IMG/VR virus record: IMGVR_UViG_3300021256_000108
Origin: an uncultured virus (IMG/VR IMGVR_UViG_3300021256_000108)
Lineage: Duplodnaviria > Heunggongvirae > Uroviricota > Caudoviricetes
DNA: 64,000 nucleotides
Direction: 5' to 3' (one strand)
Shown: positions 29,182 through 39,284 of the stretch, in pieces
Layout of the letters: every line of letters starts with the position of its first letter
How positions within the stretch are numbered: the first letter of the stretch is position 1
The notes under the pieces: generated by a model
The model's input: the letters and a program-made list of their open reading frames with translations, nothing else
What the model was told of the DNA's origin: nothing
Databases searched by the model: none
Program-made: the position numbers and the translations under genes

Positions 29182-30813
29182 ATGAAAACGTGTTCGGATT
29201 CTTTAAAGGCACTTCTCCACCAATATAGGACAGGGGAGAAACGTACATGGTATATAGCTGATTTATATACTATGTGGCTGAATAGTTCTGAAAGAACTGA
29301 TAAGCTGTTAGGGTGGAATCCTTATAGTAGTGGAAATATTGTATATGCAAGTGGTCGATTTGGATTAGGTCTATATGACCCTGCAAGGTCTGAGGCTGAT
29401 ATAGGGAAACCACTTATAAAAGCGTCTAATCCGTCAGAAGAAGTTTTTGATTGGAATGAAAACGATTGGACTATTGAATATTTTACTAGATGGACAAGTT
29501 TCCCTTTTGGATATTTAAGTGCAGGTGGGACTTATTTTTCTGTAACCGATTATAATTTTATGAATCAAAGCGGGTTTAGAATGGAATCGTCTACATTTGC
29601 TGTAATGCAAAATTTTTTGTTTTGGACGTATCTTAATGGGGAAAGAACCGAAAAAGTGGTTGCCATTTCATTAGGTACAGAAGGTACAAGTCAGTATGCT
29701 AATGTACATTATGCTGTTTGCAAAAAGGGGAGAGATATTTATACTTTCTTTAATGGGAAAAGAACATCCGAGTACCATTTGGCAGATAGTGAAAAAATAG
29801 ATATTCCAAGTAATGCGTATATGTATATAGACGCAAGCGCGGGGGATTGTATTATGGACGAATTTAGAATATCCTCTTGCGCTAGATATACCCAACCTTT
29901 TGATGTGCCAACACAAGAATTTACACCAGATGTAAATACGTTAAGTTTGTTGCATTTTAACGGTAATCTTAATGATGAAGGCTTTATGGCTGACCCTCCT
30001 ACGGGCATGAAAGATTTTAGAAGTGGTGAAATGTATTTATATACAGGACATGACACGGATTTAACTTGTGGTGGTAATAAATATCGTCATATCGCGATTG
30101 AACACGGCGATATAGAAGAATCACGCGGGACGGAAACCGCAACAATGGATTTAACTATAAATTATAATCCGTCTGATACGATTACCCCTAATGATGAAAG
30201 AACATGGTTCAAGGCATTAAAAGATGGCATTTTTGACAAGGCTTATGTGTCATTGGATAGATTATATTCGCCTATTCCGTGGCAATATAATATGCCTAAT
30301 ATTCCTATAGATTATGTGTTAAAATCACGTTTCTTTGGGCGTATGGAAGTGCAGGAAGTTAAATTAGACCATGCAAGTATTCAAATAAAATCCCCTACAG
30401 ATATGTTGTCAAAAGAATTACCACGCAATCTTGTAAAACCTTCTTGTTTGAACCATTTTGGTGATTTTATGTGTCAAATTAATCCAGAAAATTATAAAGT
30501 GCATACTACAGCACAAGAAGGAAGTAGCAAGGGGATTATAGTTGTAGACAGTAATTACCTTGATGGATATTTCAATAATGGTATGATTTATAGTACAAGT
30601 GGTAAGAATAAAGGACAGTATTCTTCAATAAAGAGTTTTTCTAATCATAGGGTTATTTTGTTTAAGCCGTTTACAGAGGAAGTAAATGCAGGAGATACAT
30701 TTGACCTTTTATGTGGTTGCGATAAAACAATGAATACTTGCAAAAACGTATATAGCAACCTTATCCATTTCAGAGGTTGCCCGTTCTTGCCTTGTAAAAA
30801 TGTACTTATGTGA
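29182..30813 (+). CDS. Baseplate hub (DUF2163/BR0599-like) with inserted LamG-like domain
   Basis: C-terminal CLNHFGDFMC and GCDKTMNTC...FRGCPFLP; insert DEFRISSCARYT...LLHFNG. Confidence 0.75.
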   Translation: MKTCSDSLKALLHQYRTGEKRTWYIADLYTMWLNSSERTDKLLGWNPYSSGNIVYASGRFGLGLYDPARSEADIGKPLIKASNPSEEVFDWNENDWTIEYFTRWTSFPFGYLSAGGTYFSVTDYNFMNQSGFRMESSTFAVMQNFLFWTYLNGERTEKVVAISLGTEGTSQYANVHYAVCKKGRDIYTFFNGKRTSEYHLADSEKIDIPSNAYMYIDASAGDCIMDEFRISSCARYTQPFDVPTQEFTPDVNTLSLLHFNGNLNDEGFMADPPTGMKDFRSGEMYLYTGHDTDLTCGGNKYRHIAIEHGDIEESRGTETATMDLTINYNPSDTITPNDERTWFKALKDGIFDKAYVSLDRLYSPIPWQYNMPNIPIDYVLKSRFFGRMEVQEVKLDHASIQIKSPTDMLSKELPRNLVKPSCLNHFGDFMCQINPENYKVHTTAQEGSSKGIIVVDSNYLDGYFNNGMIYSTSGKNKGQYSSIKSFSNHRVILFKPFTEEVNAGDTFDLLCGCDKTMNTCKNVYSNLIHFRGCPFLPCKNVLM

Positions 30814-30825
30814 GGTGAAATAGTT

Positions 30826-31275
30826 ATGCAGAAAGAACAAGAAGCATTAGAGCGTATGCGTTTAATAGAAGAAGCAAAAACATGGATTGGTACGCCTTAT
30901 CATTCAGAAGGTAGGGTAAAAGGGGCAGGGTGCGATTGCGGAACTTTTTTGTTAGGAGTTCTTGAAAATGCAAAACTTCTTCCTCATATTGATATACCGC
31001 ATTACCCAGAAGATATAGCTTGCCATTGTGCCGTTCCTAAATATCTGATGAAGATTGAAGAATATTGCCAACGGGTAAATAACAATGACCGAAAAATAGG
31101 GGATATTCTTGTGTACCAATTTCAAGGTTCAAAAGTTCCTCACCATGCGGCGTTTGTGTATGATAATGAATACTTGATTCATTCTTATACCAGACAAGGG
31201 GTTATTATCAGCAATATGAGAGGGTATGAATCCTCTTTATATGGAGTATATAGGTTAGATAGGTGGTGCAAGTAA
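30826..31275 (+). CDS. NlpC/P60 tail-associated peptidase
   Basis: AKTWIGTPYH...GCDCG...HAAF...IHS. Confidence 0.9.
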   Translation: MQKEQEALERMRLIEEAKTWIGTPYHSEGRVKGAGCDCGTFLLGVLENAKLLPHIDIPHYPEDIACHCAVPKYLMKIEEYCQRVNNNDRKIGDILVYQFQGSKVPHHAAFVYDNEYLIHSYTRQGVIISNMRGYESSLYGVYRLDRWCK

Positions 31276-33888
31276 ATGGGCTTTTTGTTCAAGACAAAAA
31301 CAATAAGAAATAGCACCTCTAGGATTTCTGCATTTGCGGTTAATCAATCGTCCTATGGCGTACCGATAAAAATTGTTTTTGGTACTACTGTAGTTGCTCC
31401 TGTTCTTCTTGATTACATGGATTTTACAGCGATTGAACACGTTGAAACACAAGAAGCAGGAAAAGGCGGTGGCACAAGGTCAGAAAATGTTTCATATACT
31501 TATACCGTTGCCGCAGATATGGCATTAGCAGAAGGAGTTTGTACAGGCGTTGGCAAAGTTTATGCTGATTCTAAAACGACAGATTTAAATGCTTTGGGAT
31601 TAACCTTCTTTAATGGATATTTAGGTGGATATGAAAAAAGAGCAAATTCTACCGCCCTTACTACTTTAAATATGTATGTGAAGGGGCAACAATATCCGTG
31701 GGGGTATATGGAAACTAATCACCCAGACCATGCACTTGTTTATGGCGGTATTTGCCATGTAGCAGGTGTTTTAGATTTGGGCGAAAGTTCTTCCTTGCCA
31801 AACCTGAATTTTGAAGTTTTTGGACTTTGCACTTCCGCACAAGGACAACCCTCCAATGAAAAAATGCAACAATATGCTTATCAAAAAGAAATTGAAATAT
31901 CCAATTTCCAGAGTAATAGGTTTGTTGAAGAATTTGTATTTGATTCGCTTAGTGGTGCAGGACATTGGGAAACGCTTGATTCTCGTTACTATACGATAGA
32001 ACAAAGTAAAGACCAATACGGGAATGATAAAGCAGGGGTTTATACTTATAAATTCAATTTTGACGATAGAGAAGATGGCTATTATCGCCCAGACCCTACT
32101 TATATTCGCATTTATTATTATGCTATTGAAGCTAATGTATCATTTACGGCTACAGACGCTAATCCTAGTGATATTATTACTTATATTTTGGAGTCAGAAG
32201 TATTTGGTGCACAGTTCCCTACAGCGTTAATAGGTGATTTGAGTGAGTATTCGGCTTATTGTAAGCAAAACGGCTTATTGATTTCTCCTTCTTATGATTC
32301 GTCAATAGCTTGTACGGACATTATCACTCAATTAATGGAGTGTACCAATAGTGAATATGTGTTCAGTCAAGGCAAAGTAAAAATAATTCCTTATTGGGAT
32401 AGTTTACCTGCTAATTATGCTATTACGGATAAGGATATTTTAGACCAAGATTCTGAATCAATATCCATTGAAAGAACTTCTGACGCTGATATTTATAATA
32501 TTATTCCGTTGGAACATCTTTCAAGAGCAAATGACTATAACACTAACATGGTTTATGCTACTAATGAAGGGGATATCGAAATTCATGGGATAAGACAAGC
32601 GGGAACATTTACGCACCATGAAATTATGACTCCACAATTAGCGCAAGCCGTTGCACAAGTTATTTTACAGAAACAATTATATAACCGTAACAAGTACACC
32701 ATAAGAGTAGGACAAGAATTTATCTTGCTTGAACCTATGGACGCTTGCACCCTTGAATGTGAATTGGCAGGAATGGGGATTACTTCTGTTAGAGTGGTTT
32801 CGATAAAAGAAAATGCAGACGATTTTTCTTTAGACATTACATTTGAGGATAATTTTTCTGGGACTCTAACCGCCCCAGATTATGCGGTTCAAATACCAGA
32901 AAGAGCCGTTCCGATAACAAATGCAGAACCTAGCAATGTAAACTATCCTATGATTTTTGAATTGCCTTATGCTTTATCGAAAAGCGCAAATAAACTTGAT
33001 GTATGGATTTATGCAAGTGGACAAAATTCATATTGGGGCGGTTGCAATGTTTGGGTTTCAGAAGATAATAATACTTATAGACAAATTGGCGTGATAAGTA
33101 ATTCTGCAACACAGGGGCAATTAGCGTCTGATTTGCCGATAGGGACTGACCCAGATACTACAAATGAACCGCTTGTAAAAATGCTTGCAGGTGAATTGAA
33201 ATCTACCACTAAAGATGGTGCAGATTCCTTTGTAAATCTGTCATATGTTGATGGTGAATTTATTTCTTATCAAACGGCAGAATTGGTAGATACAGGAACA
33301 TATAAACTTTCATATATTCGTAGAGGGTTATATGGGTCTGAAATTAAAAATCATAGTTTGGGTGCATACATTGTAAAATGTGATAAAACGAGATTGAGTT
33401 ATAATTTTAGTGTAGACAATATTGGGAAAACATATTATGTGAAGTTTACTTCATTCAATATTTTTGGCACTAATACACAGTCGCTTAGTGATGTTGAACC
33501 GTATGAATTTACGGTTCGCGGTATCGCTTTGAATTATCCACCTAACCCCATAAACAATGAAACACTTATGACCTATTACACGGATAATAAATTATTTGCT
33601 GAATGGGGGGCTGTATATGACGAAAGAAATATCTATTATGAAATTCGTAAAGGTAGTAGTTGGAATAATTCTGTAGTAGTAGGTAAAACCAATAGTACAA
33701 AATTTCAGTTTACATCTAGCGGTACTTATTGGATTGCTACAGCTTTTGACGGAACAGATAAAACATATTATGCTTCTCCTGTTAGCGTCAATGTTGAATA
33801 TACGATTGTAGGCGAAATTATAGGTAGCAATGAAGAATCCATAGATTTATGGATTGGTACTTGTGATGATACGGTAGTTATTCCGTAA
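31276..33888 (+). CDS. Tail tip / host-specificity protein (gpJ-like)
   Basis: SSYGVPIKIVFG, LPNLNFEV, WGGCNVWVS, RRGLYGS, YVKFTSFNIFG motifs. Confidence 0.85.
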   Translation: MGFLFKTKTIRNSTSRISAFAVNQSSYGVPIKIVFGTTVVAPVLLDYMDFTAIEHVETQEAGKGGGTRSENVSYTYTVAADMALAEGVCTGVGKVYADSKTTDLNALGLTFFNGYLGGYEKRANSTALTTLNMYVKGQQYPWGYMETNHPDHALVYGGICHVAGVLDLGESSSLPNLNFEVFGLCTSAQGQPSNEKMQQYAYQKEIEISNFQSNRFVEEFVFDSLSGAGHWETLDSRYYTIEQSKDQYGNDKAGVYTYKFNFDDREDGYYRPDPTYIRIYYYAIEANVSFTATDANPSDIITYILESEVFGAQFPTALIGDLSEYSAYCKQNGLLISPSYDSSIACTDIITQLMECTNSEYVFSQGKVKIIPYWDSLPANYAITDKDILDQDSESISIERTSDADIYNIIPLEHLSRANDYNTNMVYATNEGDIEIHGIRQAGTFTHHEIMTPQLAQAVAQVILQKQLYNRNKYTIRVGQEFILLEPMDACTLECELAGMGITSVRVVSIKENADDFSLDITFEDNFSGTLTAPDYAVQIPERAVPITNAEPSNVNYPMIFELPYALSKSANKLDVWIYASGQNSYWGGCNVWVSEDNNTYRQIGVISNSATQGQLASDLPIGTDPDTTNEPLVKMLAGELKSTTKDGADSFVNLSYVDGEFISYQTAELVDTGTYKLSYIRRGLYGSEIKNHSLGAYIVKCDKTRLSYNFSVDNIGKTYYVKFTSFNIFGTNTQSLSDVEPYEFTVRGIALNYPPNPINNETLMTYYTDNKLFAEWGAVYDERNIYYEIRKGSSWNNSVVVGKTNSTKFQFTSSGTYWIATAFDGTDKTYYASPVSVNVEYTIVGEIIGSNEESIDLWIGTCDDTVVIP

Positions 33889-33901
33889 GGGGGTTAATAA
33901 A

Positions 33902-34294
33902 ATGGCTTTTCTTAAATTGTATAATAATAATCCTACTGATAGCGGTACGGACGGTAATGTGGTTTCGGAAGGTGGTGCAGGGACTAATCCCGTTGCTGTT
34001 TCATTGGATGGTTCTATTAGCGAAAACACTACTGTAAAATTGGCTTTGCGGTGTGATTCTGGGTATCAGACCAGAGGGAATACAACCATTACAGCGATAG
34101 GAACAACAACGGGGTATTGGTCTTTTTGTGCTACCGCTGATGGTACTTTCACAAGCACATTAACGATTTCAGATACCATTGGTGCAACTAATAAATGTTT
34201 TTATGTGAAAGCGTCAAGTTCTACGACAGAAACGCCTGTTATTGATACAAGCGTTTCGATACAGGTGGTCGCAAAAGTTGAAGTTGTAGAATAA
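33902..34294 (+). CDS. Tail-associated beta-rich protein
   Basis: LYNNNPTDSGTDG start; T/S-rich. Confidence 0.65.
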   Translation: MAFLKLYNNNPTDSGTDGNVVSEGGAGTNPVAVSLDGSISENTTVKLALRCDSGYQTRGNTTITAIGTTTGYWSFCATADGTFTSTLTISDTIGATNKCFYVKASSSTTETPVIDTSVSIQVVAKVEVVE

Positions 34295-34300
34295 AAGAAG

Positions 34301-35194
34301 GTGTTTATTATGGGATATAAATATTTAAACACTTGTTATCCAGAATTATTTGATTCGGCGGTAGGGTATATTATTCAAGATAATGCTATTAGAAATCGTG
34401 AGTCACATATTACTTCTACATTAACGAATGGAATTTCAAGAAAAACATCAACAACTTCTTTATATCTTAAATTTACAATAGCTACAAATGTGAGTTCTGA
34501 TACTAACCGTCAAATATGTAACATAGTAACTTCAACCGCTAATAAAAATTTATTAATTATAGAAAATTCTTCACAAATTATAGTAACAGACGCGAATGGA
34601 ACTTTTAGAGAAGAACTTTCTGTCCCTTCAAAATCGACAACTTTCCCTTCCGCTAATCATCAACGTGATTTATTTATTCATTTTGATACAGTTCAAAATG
34701 TTGCGGATATATATGCTGATGGTATTTTGTATGGTTCTGTAACTTGTGGAAATAATGGGGAAACGATAACGGATGTTTCATTAGGAGCATTAATCGGTGG
34801 TATATATTCTCAATATTATGTGTATATAAGCAATGTAATAATTTCTGATACAGAATTTCCTCTTATAGAATCTGTAACAGAAATAACTCCTACAATTACT
34901 TCAAATGATTGGACGATAACAGATGGAGTAGCGTCTACAGATACTTTAGGTGCTTCTATGACTATTACAGCCCAACCATCATCTATTGACGAAACAAAAA
35001 AAAACGTAACAGGATATACAATACCTTTGCTTAATTGTATGCCAGCCGCTACAATTAATTCTCTTAATATAACTCAAGGTACTGTTACCAAAAATGTAAA
35101 ACTTCCATTAGAAGCTAGTACAGAATCGGATAATTTTACTGTTTCTCAATTAGCGGATATTTCTGCAACGGCAATAGCAAGTTATACTTCATAA
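34301..35194 (+). CDS. Tail fibre/receptor-binding accessory protein
   Basis: T/S/I-rich beta protein in the tail module. Confidence 0.55.
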   Translation: MFIMGYKYLNTCYPELFDSAVGYIIQDNAIRNRESHITSTLTNGISRKTSTTSLYLKFTIATNVSSDTNRQICNIVTSTANKNLLIIENSSQIIVTDANGTFREELSVPSKSTTFPSANHQRDLFIHFDTVQNVADIYADGILYGSVTCGNNGETITDVSLGALIGGIYSQYYVYISNVIISDTEFPLIESVTEITPTITSNDWTITDGVASTDTLGASMTITAQPSSIDETKKNVTGYTIPLLNCMPAATINSLNITQGTVTKNVKLPLEASTESDNFTVSQLADISATAIASYTS

Positions 35195-35207
35195 ATAGGG
35201 GGTAAAT

Positions 35208-36620
35208 ATGAATAATATAGGATTACGCTTTAACGGCACAAATTCATATTGTGAAATCCCTATTTCAGTTAAAAATGCAACAACATGGAAAGTAACTATT
35301 AATTTTATTGCATATTCTACTTCTAGCGGTAGTCAAATATATAATCAACCATGTATATTTGGCTTTGATAGCGGTGGGTATAAATCACGGGATTTTCATA
35401 TAGATATAAAAGCAGGAAATTTATTTATTTTTAGTGGGTTATCTGGCACAAATAATGCGTCACAGTTAGTTTATGGTACATTAACTAATGGTAGTGGTGA
35501 TTTTGGTTGGGATACTCAAAAATATGTTTCTGATAAGACATTTCATGTTGTTGAGGTTGAAGTATCATATACAGAAAAAAAATTATCTGTATACCTTGAC
35601 AATGAATATTTGGGTTATCTGAATATAGTCAATACAATCAATTCAAACGTTCTTTATTTAGGTGCTTCATATACAGGTGAAAAAATATATGCTAAATTTG
35701 ATTTGTTTGAATTTGAATTAAATGTTGACGAAAATTTGGCTGTAGAATATCTTCCTACTGAAACGGCGGTTACAACAAAATCCTTAACAGACAGTTCTGG
35801 GAATGACCGAAATGGTATTTTGCGTGGAGATTTTTCAGTTATAGATGTAGATGTTAGCAATGTAACAACAACCCCTAAATTATTTGTAACTACAGTTCCA
35901 CAAGAAGTTAGTGTAACCCCTAAATTATTTGTAACTACAGTTCCATATTCTACAACAGTAACAGTTAATAGCGATACTAAACGTAGTGTTCATATCGAAG
36001 AAACAACAGAATTTGACACAGAACGTGAAGTAACAGATGGTGTATCTACAGTAACTTTACGGACAGATACAAAACGTAAAGTATTTGTTGAATATATAAT
36101 AAATGCAGATACATCACGAACTATAAAAACATATAGCTATTTGTATTTCAATACAGAAAGAACGGTATCAAATGCAAGCAAGGTAGAACCTAGCATTACA
36201 AATACTTATCATAATGTATTGACGTTAGCACCGTTGTATGGAACAGATTTTAGTAAAGGTGTAAAATCAGAAGGTACGTATCAAATTCCTGCTGAACATC
36301 AAATTATTAATAATGCGGGAAGTATGGCATATATTGATGTTGATATTGACGCAGAAACTTTTAATGTTTCACAATGGATAGATTCAGTAAGAGTTTTTGA
36401 TGATATTATCAATTTTGATGGCGGGGATGTGGGAAATTGTGTAACTATAACCCCTTATGTCCGTACTTCTGATGATGGTACTACGTTTGGAAATTGGCAA
36501 TATCTTTATAGTGGTTCACAATATAAAGGTAAATACTATGACTTTAAGCTAAAATTAAGCACAACCAACTATAACATAACGCCCGTTGTAAAGAAGTTTG
36601 GCTACACAGTACATAGTTAA
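35208..36620 (+). CDS. LamG-like lectin domain tail protein with DTxR repeats
   Basis: LRFNGTNSY...DSSGNDRNG lectin signature; repeated DTKR/DTER/DTSR. Confidence 0.7.
   Translation: MNNIGLRFNGTNSYCEIPISVKNATTWKVTINFIAYSTSSGSQIYNQPCIFGFDSGGYKSRDFHIDIKAGNLFIFSGLSGTNNASQLVYGTLTNGSGDFGWDTQKYVSDKTFHVVEVEVSYTEKKLSVYLDNEYLGYLNIVNTINSNVLYLGASYTGEKIYAKFDLFEFELNVDENLAVEYLPTETAVTTKSLTDSSGNDRNGILRGDFSVIDVDVSNVTTTPKLFVTTVPQEVSVTPKLFVTTVPYSTTVTVNSDTKRSVHIEETTEFDTEREVTDGVSTVTLRTDTKRKVFVEYIINADTSRTIKTYSYLYFNTERTVSNASKVEPSITNTYHNVLTLAPLYGTDFSKGVKSEGTYQIPAEHQIINNAGSMAYIDVDIDAETFNVSQWIDSVRVFDDIINFDGGDVGNCVTITPYVRTSDDGTTFGNWQYLYSGSQYKGKYYDFKLKLSTTNYNITPVVKKFGYTVHS
35870..35945 (+). repeat. 31-bp direct repeat, two copies 45 bp apart (TPKLFVTTVP)
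   Basis: AACCCCTAAATTATTTGTAACTACAGTTCCA at 35870 and 35915. Confidence 0.9.
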
Positions 36621-36633
36621 GGAGTGTCGAATT

Positions 36634-37170
36634 ATGCAAAACTCAATTTTAATACAAAATGGTACAGGCGCGGAAGTAAGAACACAGATAAATAATGCGC
36701 TCCAAACCATTGTTACGGATTTTGCAGGAGGTCTTGACCCTGCTACAATGAATCCCAATAATGCTTATCCATTTTGTACATGGCTTGATACAGGGAATAA
36801 TCTATTAAAACGCAGAAATGCGAATAATACTTTATGGATAGATATAGGAACAATAGATTCTAATGGAAAGATTCTTTTATTCGGCGTATATGGACAACGC
36901 GGAACGGTAACAATAACGGCTGATACTACGCTTACAAACGACCATTCAAATAAATTATTAGTTGTTAATACTTCTAGCAATATTACTTTAACAATGCCCC
37001 AAGAACCAACCCCATATATGACCTTCAAAATATTTAATAAGGGTGCAGGAACAGTAACATTGGCTTATGGTACTTTTTACGGGGCTACAGGGGCTACTAC
37101 CAATATTGTGTTATCTCAAAATCAAAGTGTAGAATTACATTCTGATGGCGTAGCTTTTTATAGTATTTAA
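36634..37170 (+). CDS. Short tail fibre-like protein
   Basis: NGTGAEVRTQINNALQ...WLDT...LKRRN N-terminus typical of fibre genes; AAGGAG RBS. Confidence 0.65.
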   Translation: MQNSILIQNGTGAEVRTQINNALQTIVTDFAGGLDPATMNPNNAYPFCTWLDTGNNLLKRRNANNTLWIDIGTIDSNGKILLFGVYGQRGTVTITADTTLTNDHSNKLLVVNTSSNITLTMPQEPTPYMTFKIFNKGAGTVTLAYGTFYGATGATTNIVLSQNQSVELHSDGVAFYSI

Positions 37171-37174
37171 GAGG

Positions 37175-37633
37175 GTGGTTAAATTGCAAGATGTAGAAAA
37201 AGTGCTATTGGCTATTATTCCTACGCGAATAGAAGCAATCTGGGGAACGATAACGGGGGTTATTGGCACAATGATTACTTTTTTATTTGGCATGTGGAAT
37301 GACGCATTAACGGCACTTGCTATGTTTGTTTTTATCGACTACATGACAGGAGTTATGGCGGCTTATATTCGTCCTAAAAAAAGATTGTCTAGCAAAAAGG
37401 GTTTTATCGGTATTTTGAAAAAATTAGCGGTATTAACTTCTGTAGTGTTCGCGCATGGTATTGACCTTGCGCTAGGACAAAATGTTTTTGCTACTGTTGC
37501 AACTTATTCACTTTTAGGCAATGAAGGACTTTCCATAATTGAAAATTTAAGCTATTGCGGTGTTCCAGTTCCCGCTAGTATAAAACGGAAATTGGAGCAA
37601 TATGCTTATGAGAAAGAAGGTACTTCTAAATAA
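37175..37633 (+). CDS. Holin (phage_holin_4_1-like)
   Basis: IDYMTGV...SKKGFIG...NEGLSIIENL...GVPVP. Confidence 0.9.
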   Translation: MVKLQDVEKVLLAIIPTRIEAIWGTITGVIGTMITFLFGMWNDALTALAMFVFIDYMTGVMAAYIRPKKRLSSKKGFIGILKKLAVLTSVVFAHGIDLALGQNVFATVATYSLLGNEGLSIIENLSYCGVPVPASIKRKLEQYAYEKEGTSK

Positions 37634-37688
37634 TATGCGTCTTTTCCACATTCATACAAAGAAGAATATAAAAAGAAGGTGAAGTTAA

Positions 37689-38021
37689 ATGTTTCAGATT
37701 TCTAAGAATAACATTAAACTGATTCGTGGTGACACAGGAGAGGTTGAATTAAATTTAACTCTTGATGATGAAGAAAAAACTGTAGTCGAACCAGAAGCCT
37801 ATGAAGCGGTATTCACATTGAAAAAAAATGTTGATGATATAGCTTTCATCATGCAGAAACCGTTTGTAGATGGCAAGATTACCTTCTCACACGAAGATAC
37901 AAACCTCCTGCCGTATGGCGTGTACACTTATGATGTACAGGTAAAAGTTCTTGAAGATGGGTCAATTCATACGATTGGACAACACTCTTTTGTTATTTTA
38001 GCTGATGTGACAAGGGAGTGA
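37689..38021 (+). CDS. BppU N-terminal-like protein
   Basis: IKLIRGDT...GVYTYDVQV motif. Confidence 0.6.
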   Translation: MFQISKNNIKLIRGDTGEVELNLTLDDEEKTVVEPEAYEAVFTLKKNVDDIAFIMQKPFVDGKITFSHEDTNLLPYGVYTYDVQVKVLEDGSIHTIGQHSFVILADVTRE

Positions 38022-38028
38022 GTGAAAT

Positions 38029-38268
38029 ATGACTATGACATTGAATGTAACATCTAAACAAATTATTGGGGTGCTTACAAATGTTGCAAGTGCAAAAAAA
38101 CCGCAGGATATTGAAATCACTCCTACTAATGAAGATGTAACCGTTACCGCTGATGAAGGGTATTTTATCCGTAGTGTTACTGTAAAGGCTGTATCTTCCG
38201 CAGGAGAAGAAACAGGAGGTATAAGCGAAAATGACGGTAACGGAACAGATAGCGGAAATCAAAGTTAA
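38029..38268 (+). CDS. Hypothetical protein
   Basis: ITPT...VTADEGY..SVTVKAV motif seen in phage tail/lysis regions. Confidence 0.55.
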   Translation: MTMTLNVTSKQIIGVLTNVASAKKPQDIEITPTNEDVTVTADEGYFIRSVTVKAVSSAGEETGGISENDGNGTDSGNQS

Positions 38269-38399
38269 ATATCCCGAAGCGTGGGCGTATATTCAAGAAA
38301 TGCTTGATAATAAAAGGTTGGAGGGGGAACGAGAAGCGTTTTCCCCTGCCATCCCTAAATTTGATGATAATGACGAATGGATTAAGGGGGACACGGATA

Positions 38400-38978
38400 A
38401 TGATTAGGGGAATTGATGTTTCTGAAAACAACAAGTATGTAAATTGGCAAGCCGTTGCAGACGCAGGAATTGAATTTGCCATTGTTCGTAGTTCTTACGG
38501 CAAGAATAGCCGTGATGAAAATTTTTTACAGAATGTTGCGGGAGCGCATGAAGTTGGATTGAAATGTGGAGCATTTCATTACAGCTATGCGCTTTCGCCC
38601 CGTGACGCTTACAGAGAAGCGCAGAATTGTAAACAGACGATTGATGAAGCGGGAGTCCTCTTAGAATTGCCTGTATTTTTTGATATGGAGGACGCAGACG
38701 GATATAAGCGCAAGCATGGATTTGAGTTCTCACGGGAAAACATCACAGAGATTTGCCGTGTGTTTCTGAAAGAAATTAAGCCTTTAGATTGTGGTGTGTA
38801 TGCGTCTTATTCGTGGTTGGAGAATTATATTAATTGGCAGGACTTAGGTTGCGCGGTCTGGAACGCCCAATGGAGTGCCCACGACGATTTACAGGGGTAT
38901 ATGTGGCAATATACGGACTCCCTTAATATTGGTGGCAAATTTTTTGACGGTAATCTTTTGTACCTTGATAAAATTTAA
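38400..38978 (+). CDS. GH25 endolysin (catalytic domain only)
   Basis: GIDVSE...FDMED...WQYT; start at MIRGIDV. Confidence 0.92.
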   Translation: MIRGIDVSENNKYVNWQAVADAGIEFAIVRSSYGKNSRDENFLQNVAGAHEVGLKCGAFHYSYALSPRDAYREAQNCKQTIDEAGVLLELPVFFDMEDADGYKRKHGFEFSRENITEICRVFLKEIKPLDCGVYASYSWLENYINWQDLGCAVWNAQWSAHDDLQGYMWQYTDSLNIGGKFFDGNLLYLDKI

Positions 38979-38979
38979 G

Positions 38980-39009
38980 TTGACAGAAATCTTCTTATTT
39001 TTGTAGAAT
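38980..39009 (+). promoter_or_regulatory. Sigma70/A promoter
   Basis: TTGACA-18nt-TAGAAT. Confidence 0.65.
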
Positions 39010-39015
39010 GAAGAT

Positions 39016-39126
39016 GTGCTACTTTTGGTTTGGTTTGGTTTGTGGTCATACATACCTCCTTTCTAAGATATGGTAATTCGGCAGGAAGAAGCCCCCTTGC
39101 GAAAAATACTTGCAAGGGGGCTTTTT
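39016..39126 (+). ncRNA. Candidate ~110-nt sRNA with anti-SD/anti-AUG motif
   Basis: Upstream promoter, CATACATACCTCCTTTCT, terminator AAGCCCCCTTGC/GCAAGGGGGCTTTTT. Confidence 0.55.
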
Positions 39127-39284
39127 CTATTATATAATGTATGTATCTGAAAAAGCATTTGAAGGCTTTTATACGGCGCGAATTGTTTAGCACTTGTGCA
39201 CAGGTGCGAAAACGGGATTCGCGCCTAATTTATTGTGTAAAAAACATCTTGCGTTATTCCCTCTTATTTTTTTATAATATGTAT

